Source: Octopus sinensis
Lineage: Eukaryota
DNA: 64,000 nt
Assembly (NCBI RefSeq): GCF_006345805.1
Contig: NC_043002.1
Location: 67,022,001-67,086,000 of the forward strand
Direction of reading: 5' to 3'
Positions 63,540 through 64,000 of the stretch are shown one piece after another (position 1 is the stretch's first letter; each line of letters starts with the position of its first letter). A program made the translations under genes and the position numbers. The notes beneath the pieces are model-generated. The model was not told where the DNA came from and did no database searches. It worked only from the letters and a program-made list of their open reading frames with translations.

Positions 63540-64000
63540 CCTTTCTATTATAGACACAAGGTCTGATATTGTTGTGGAGAGGACTAGTCTATTACACTGA
63601 CTCCAGTGTTTTACTGGTATTTAATTTATCCTTTTCTACTACAGGCACAAGGCCCTACATTTTTAGGGAGGGAGCCAGTCAATTAGATCGACCCCAGTAC
63701 GCAAGTGGTACTTAATTTATCGACCCCGAAAGGATGAAAGGCAAAGTCGGCCTCGGCGGAATTTGAACTCAGAACGTAAAGACAGACGAAAAACTGCTAA
63801 GCATTTCACCCGGCGTGCTAACGTTTCTTATTTCTTTACTATCTACAAGGGGCTAAATACAGAGGGGACAAACAAAGTCAGACAAAGGGATTAAGTCGAT
63901 TACATCGACCCCAGTGCGTAACTGGTGCTTATTTAATCGACCCCGAAAAGATGAAAGGCAAAGTCGACCTCGGCGGAATTTGAACTCAGAACGTAACGGC
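63540..64000 (-). mobile_element. Family A SINE dimer plus partial third unit (runs off the window end)
   Basis: Long-tail then short-tail monomer with the same junction as 16267-16703. Confidence 0.85.

Overview
Non-coding, AT-rich eukaryotic DNA, very rich in repeats. The SINE families and dense (TA)n/(TG)n/(TATG)n tracts point to a coleoid cephalopod, most likely Octopus (inference). Almost every long ORF in the track is a microsatellite artefact. Real coding similarity is limited to transposon remnants: a near-complete but frameshifted Penelope-like element (PLE; RT plus GIY-YIG) with ~450-bp inverted terminal repeats at 21.0-25.0 kb, a second PLE 3' part, a CR1/L2-type LINE fragment, the 3' end of an RLE-type non-LTR element, and an internally deleted Tc1/mariner. 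Dozens of tRNA-derived SINEs (Meta/MESC-like, CORE-like with an internal microsatellite, modular-tail types) and several MITE-like foldbacks fill the rest. The most striking unexplained signal is RNA-structural. About eleven minimal hammerhead-ribozyme (HHR) motifs occur in several different small elements. They include compensated U3-A8 cores, a foldback carrying an HHR on both strands, and a tRNA-headed SINE ending in an HHR. A separate repeat carries hammerhead parts in a non-canonical order with apparent covariation. A host gene is only weakly suggested by a frame-compatible exon pair at 30.3-30.7 kb. All calls were made by eye without database searches, so coordinates of degraded repeats are approximate.
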